Under the pieces are notes generated by a model. The model had not been told where the DNA came from, ran no database searches, and saw only the letters and a program-made list of their open reading frames with translations. The position numbers and the translations under genes are program-made. DNA of 45,733 nt from a virus. Its lineage: Duplodnaviria > Caudoviricetes. Location of the stretch: positions 1-45,733 of IMG/VR virus record IMGVR_UViG_3300032227_000101. One strand, given 5' to 3'. Positions 43,845 through 45,733 of the stretch are shown here, in pieces. The stretch's first letter is position 1. Each line of letters opens with the position of its first letter.

Positions 43845-45733
43845 TTATCCAAATATAATTGACATTGCGATTGCTTTACTTGTCGTTGAAAGTTCAGATT
43901 CATTTGCAAATACTGCTGAAGCGTTAACCGCACCGTTAACATCAAGTTTGACATTTTTACCTACTGTTGAGTTTGTGCGGCCTATTAACGTGTTACCTGA
44001 TGAATCAATACGCATACGTTCGTTTACTGCTAAAGTGCCGGCAGTAAAGAATGATATAAATTTATTTGTATTGGCTGTACCAATAGTCAAGTTACCGTTA
44101 GATGTATAGAGATAACCATCTTTAGCAACACCAATTGTAAACGTAGGATCATTATAGGTACTACTGTTGATACCAAGATCAATAAATTCAGTGGTATCTG
44201 TACCAATATCAGCAGTTGCTACAATATCAACAGAAGCTCTCGTTCCTGTGTTAGCATTTCTAACGTGAATCTGGGCATATGTATTTGAGTTGTGAGCAAA
44301 TTCTGCAATTTCACCGATAACATCAAGTTGAGATGTATTATTCATAGTAACAAAGAAGTTGCCATTAACTTGAAGATTTGCTGAAGGAGTTATTGTTCCA
44401 ACACCTACATTACCACTAGCGTTAATGACAAAAGGTGTAGCATCTGGATTAGCACTATCTTCTACTAGTAATGCGTTTCCTGTACCAGTCTGAGTAATTC
44501 TTAGTGCAGCATTGGTGTTATCAGCAACAGATATGACCAAGTTAGATGTGTATGAGGTAGAGTTGGCTTTTGCAAAGGCGGCCACTGCAACTGTATTGGC
44601 TCCAGTACCTACAGCAGTATTGGCACCTGCTATGGTTGCAATAGCAAAGTTATTAGCAGCAGTACCAACGGCTGTATTAGCTCCAGCAATTGTAGAAGAG
44701 GTAAATGCATTAGCGCCACCACCAACAGCGGTATTGGCTCCATTAAGGGTTGCTGTTGTAACATCACCACCGCCAGCAGTACTACTAACTGTGATATTAG
44801 CCCTATTGCCGGCTGAGTCATCATCAACATTGATTGTAATATTTGTGCCAGGTATAAAGTTTAGTGATCTTCTAGTTGAATGCGAAGTGAATAGTGAAGC
44901 TAGTGTATTACCAACTGGAGTATTATTTGCGTCACCAAAAGTTGATATAGAAAAATTGTTAGCAGCAGTACCTACAGCAGTGTTAGCGCCTGCTATGGTT
45001 GCAATAGCAAAATTGTTGGCTGCGGTACCAACGGCCGTGTTTGCACCGGCTATAACGGCAAGTAAGAAATTATTGGCGCCAGTACCAACAGCAGTATTAG
45101 CTCCTGCTATAGTTGCTGAAGTAAAAGCATTAGCGCCAGTGCCAACGGCTGTGTTGGCTCCCGCTACAATTGCTGAAGCGAAGTTATTAGCGCCTGCGCC
45201 TACAGCCGTGTTAGCTCCAGCAATTGTAGAAGAGGTAAATGCATTAGCGCCACCACCAACAGCGGTATTAGCACCATTAAGGGTTGCTGTTGTAACATCG
45301 CCGCCAGCCGTAGTACTGACAGTTATATTAGCTCTATTGCCAGCAGAGTCATCATCGACGTTAATGGTGACATTTGTTCCAGGAATAAAGTTTAGTGATC
45401 TTCTGGTTGATCTTGAGGTGAACAATGATGATAAAGTATTACCTACGGGTGTATTATTGGCTGCACCAAATGTTGCTATTGAAAAGTTATTAGCAGCAGT
45501 ACCAACGGCTGTATTGGCTCCTGCTATAGTTGCTAGTAAATAAGTATTGGCGCCAGTACCTACAGCGGTGTTGGCTCCAGATATTGTTGCTGAAGTAAAT
45601 GCATTGGCGCCAGCCGCTGCGGCTGTAGCAAAAGCATTAGCACCACCACCTACTACTGTATTGGCTCCTGCTATAGTTGCTAATAGGTAAGTGTTAGCAC
45701 CAGTACCAACTGCTGTGTTTGAGCCTGCTAAAG
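43845..45733 (-). CDS. Long repeat-rich tail fibre, C-terminal part (start lies beyond the window)
   Basis: The frame stays open to the window edge (LAGSNTAVGTGANTYLL...); ERMRIDSSGN and GNVGVGT fibre motifs; ends KAIAMSIIFG. Confidence 0.82.
   Translation of the reverse strand, partial: LAGSNTAVGTGANTYLLATIAGANTVVGGGANAFATAAAAGANAFTSATISGANTAVGTGANTYLLATIAGANTAVGTAANNFSIATFGAANNTPVGNTLSSLFTSRSTRRSLNFIPGTNVTINVDDDSAGNRANITVSTTAGGDVTTATLNGANTAVGGGANAFTSSTIAGANTAVGAGANNFASAIVAGANTAVGTGANAFTSATIAGANTAVGTGANNFLLAVIAGANTAVGTAANNFAIATIAGANTAVGTAANNFSISTFGDANNTPVGNTLASLFTSHSTRRSLNFIPGTNITINVDDDSAGNRANITVSSTAGGGDVTTATLNGANTAVGGGANAFTSSTIAGANTAVGTAANNFAIATIAGANTAVGTGANTVAVAAFAKANSTSYTSNLVISVADNTNAALRITQTGTGNALLVEDSANPDATPFVINASGNVGVGTITPSANLQVNGNFFVTMNNTSQLDVIGEIAEFAHNSNTYAQIHVRNANTGTRASVDIVATADIGTDTTEFIDLGINSSTYNDPTFTIGVAKDGYLYTSNGNLTIGTANTNKFISFFTAGTLAVNERMRIDSSGNTLIGRTNSTVGKNVKLDVNGAVNASAVFANESELSTTSKAIAMSIIFG
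44590..45733. repeat. Nested coding repeats: ~54-bp (18 aa) units inside a ~531-bp duplicated block
   Basis: IAGANTAVGxxANxF repeats; the STRRSLNFIPGTN...DDDSAGNRANITV block occurs at ~44887 and ~45418. Confidence 0.9.

Noticed and set aside
44512-45543. 343-aa + strand ORF
   Set aside because: Mirror frame of the repetitive fibre gene
44590-45733. Regularly spaced repeats suggesting a CRISPR array
   Set aside because: The units are in-frame coding repeats with synonymous variation and no unique spacers
1-45733. Stop-codon recoding or inteins in core genes
   Set aside because: Core genes are intact and of expected length under the standard code; no intein motifs seen

Overview
This 45.7 kb window is the core of a T4-like myovirus genome. 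Essentially all genes are on the minus strand. The gene order resembles cyanophage/alphaproteobacterial T4-like phages: no gp24 after gp23, and cobS lies between gp46 and gp45. Read from the right end, the window holds a repeat-rich fibre and accessory adhesins, neck genes gp13/14/15, a chimeric GC-rich fibre, terminase gp16/17, tail gp18/19 and portal gp20. Next come candidate capsid-packaged proteins including an ADP-ribosyltransferase, then gp21/22/23, gp3, uvsY/uvsW, gp55 and gp47/46. An accessory block follows (DruA/DUF4338-like, ParB-like, Cys-His-Asp protein, peptidase-VWA plus CobS-like AAA+, HTH, glycosyltransferase-like), then dNMP kinase, gp45, a DsbA-like protein and gp44/62. There are five free-standing homing endonuclease genes; four share a late promoter plus RBS-occluding hairpin. 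The most notable signals are: (1) an endonuclease cassette inserted into the 5' end of gp46 that supplies a replacement N-terminus and leaves the old one stranded; (2) a ~1.3 kb GC-rich foreign fibre segment with readable recombination junctions and a chimeric by-product gene; (3) a set of putative injected proteins with capsid-targeting-like leaders; (4) the DruA-like/ParB-like/Cys-protease-like cluster. All family calls come from motif recognition; no database searches were run.
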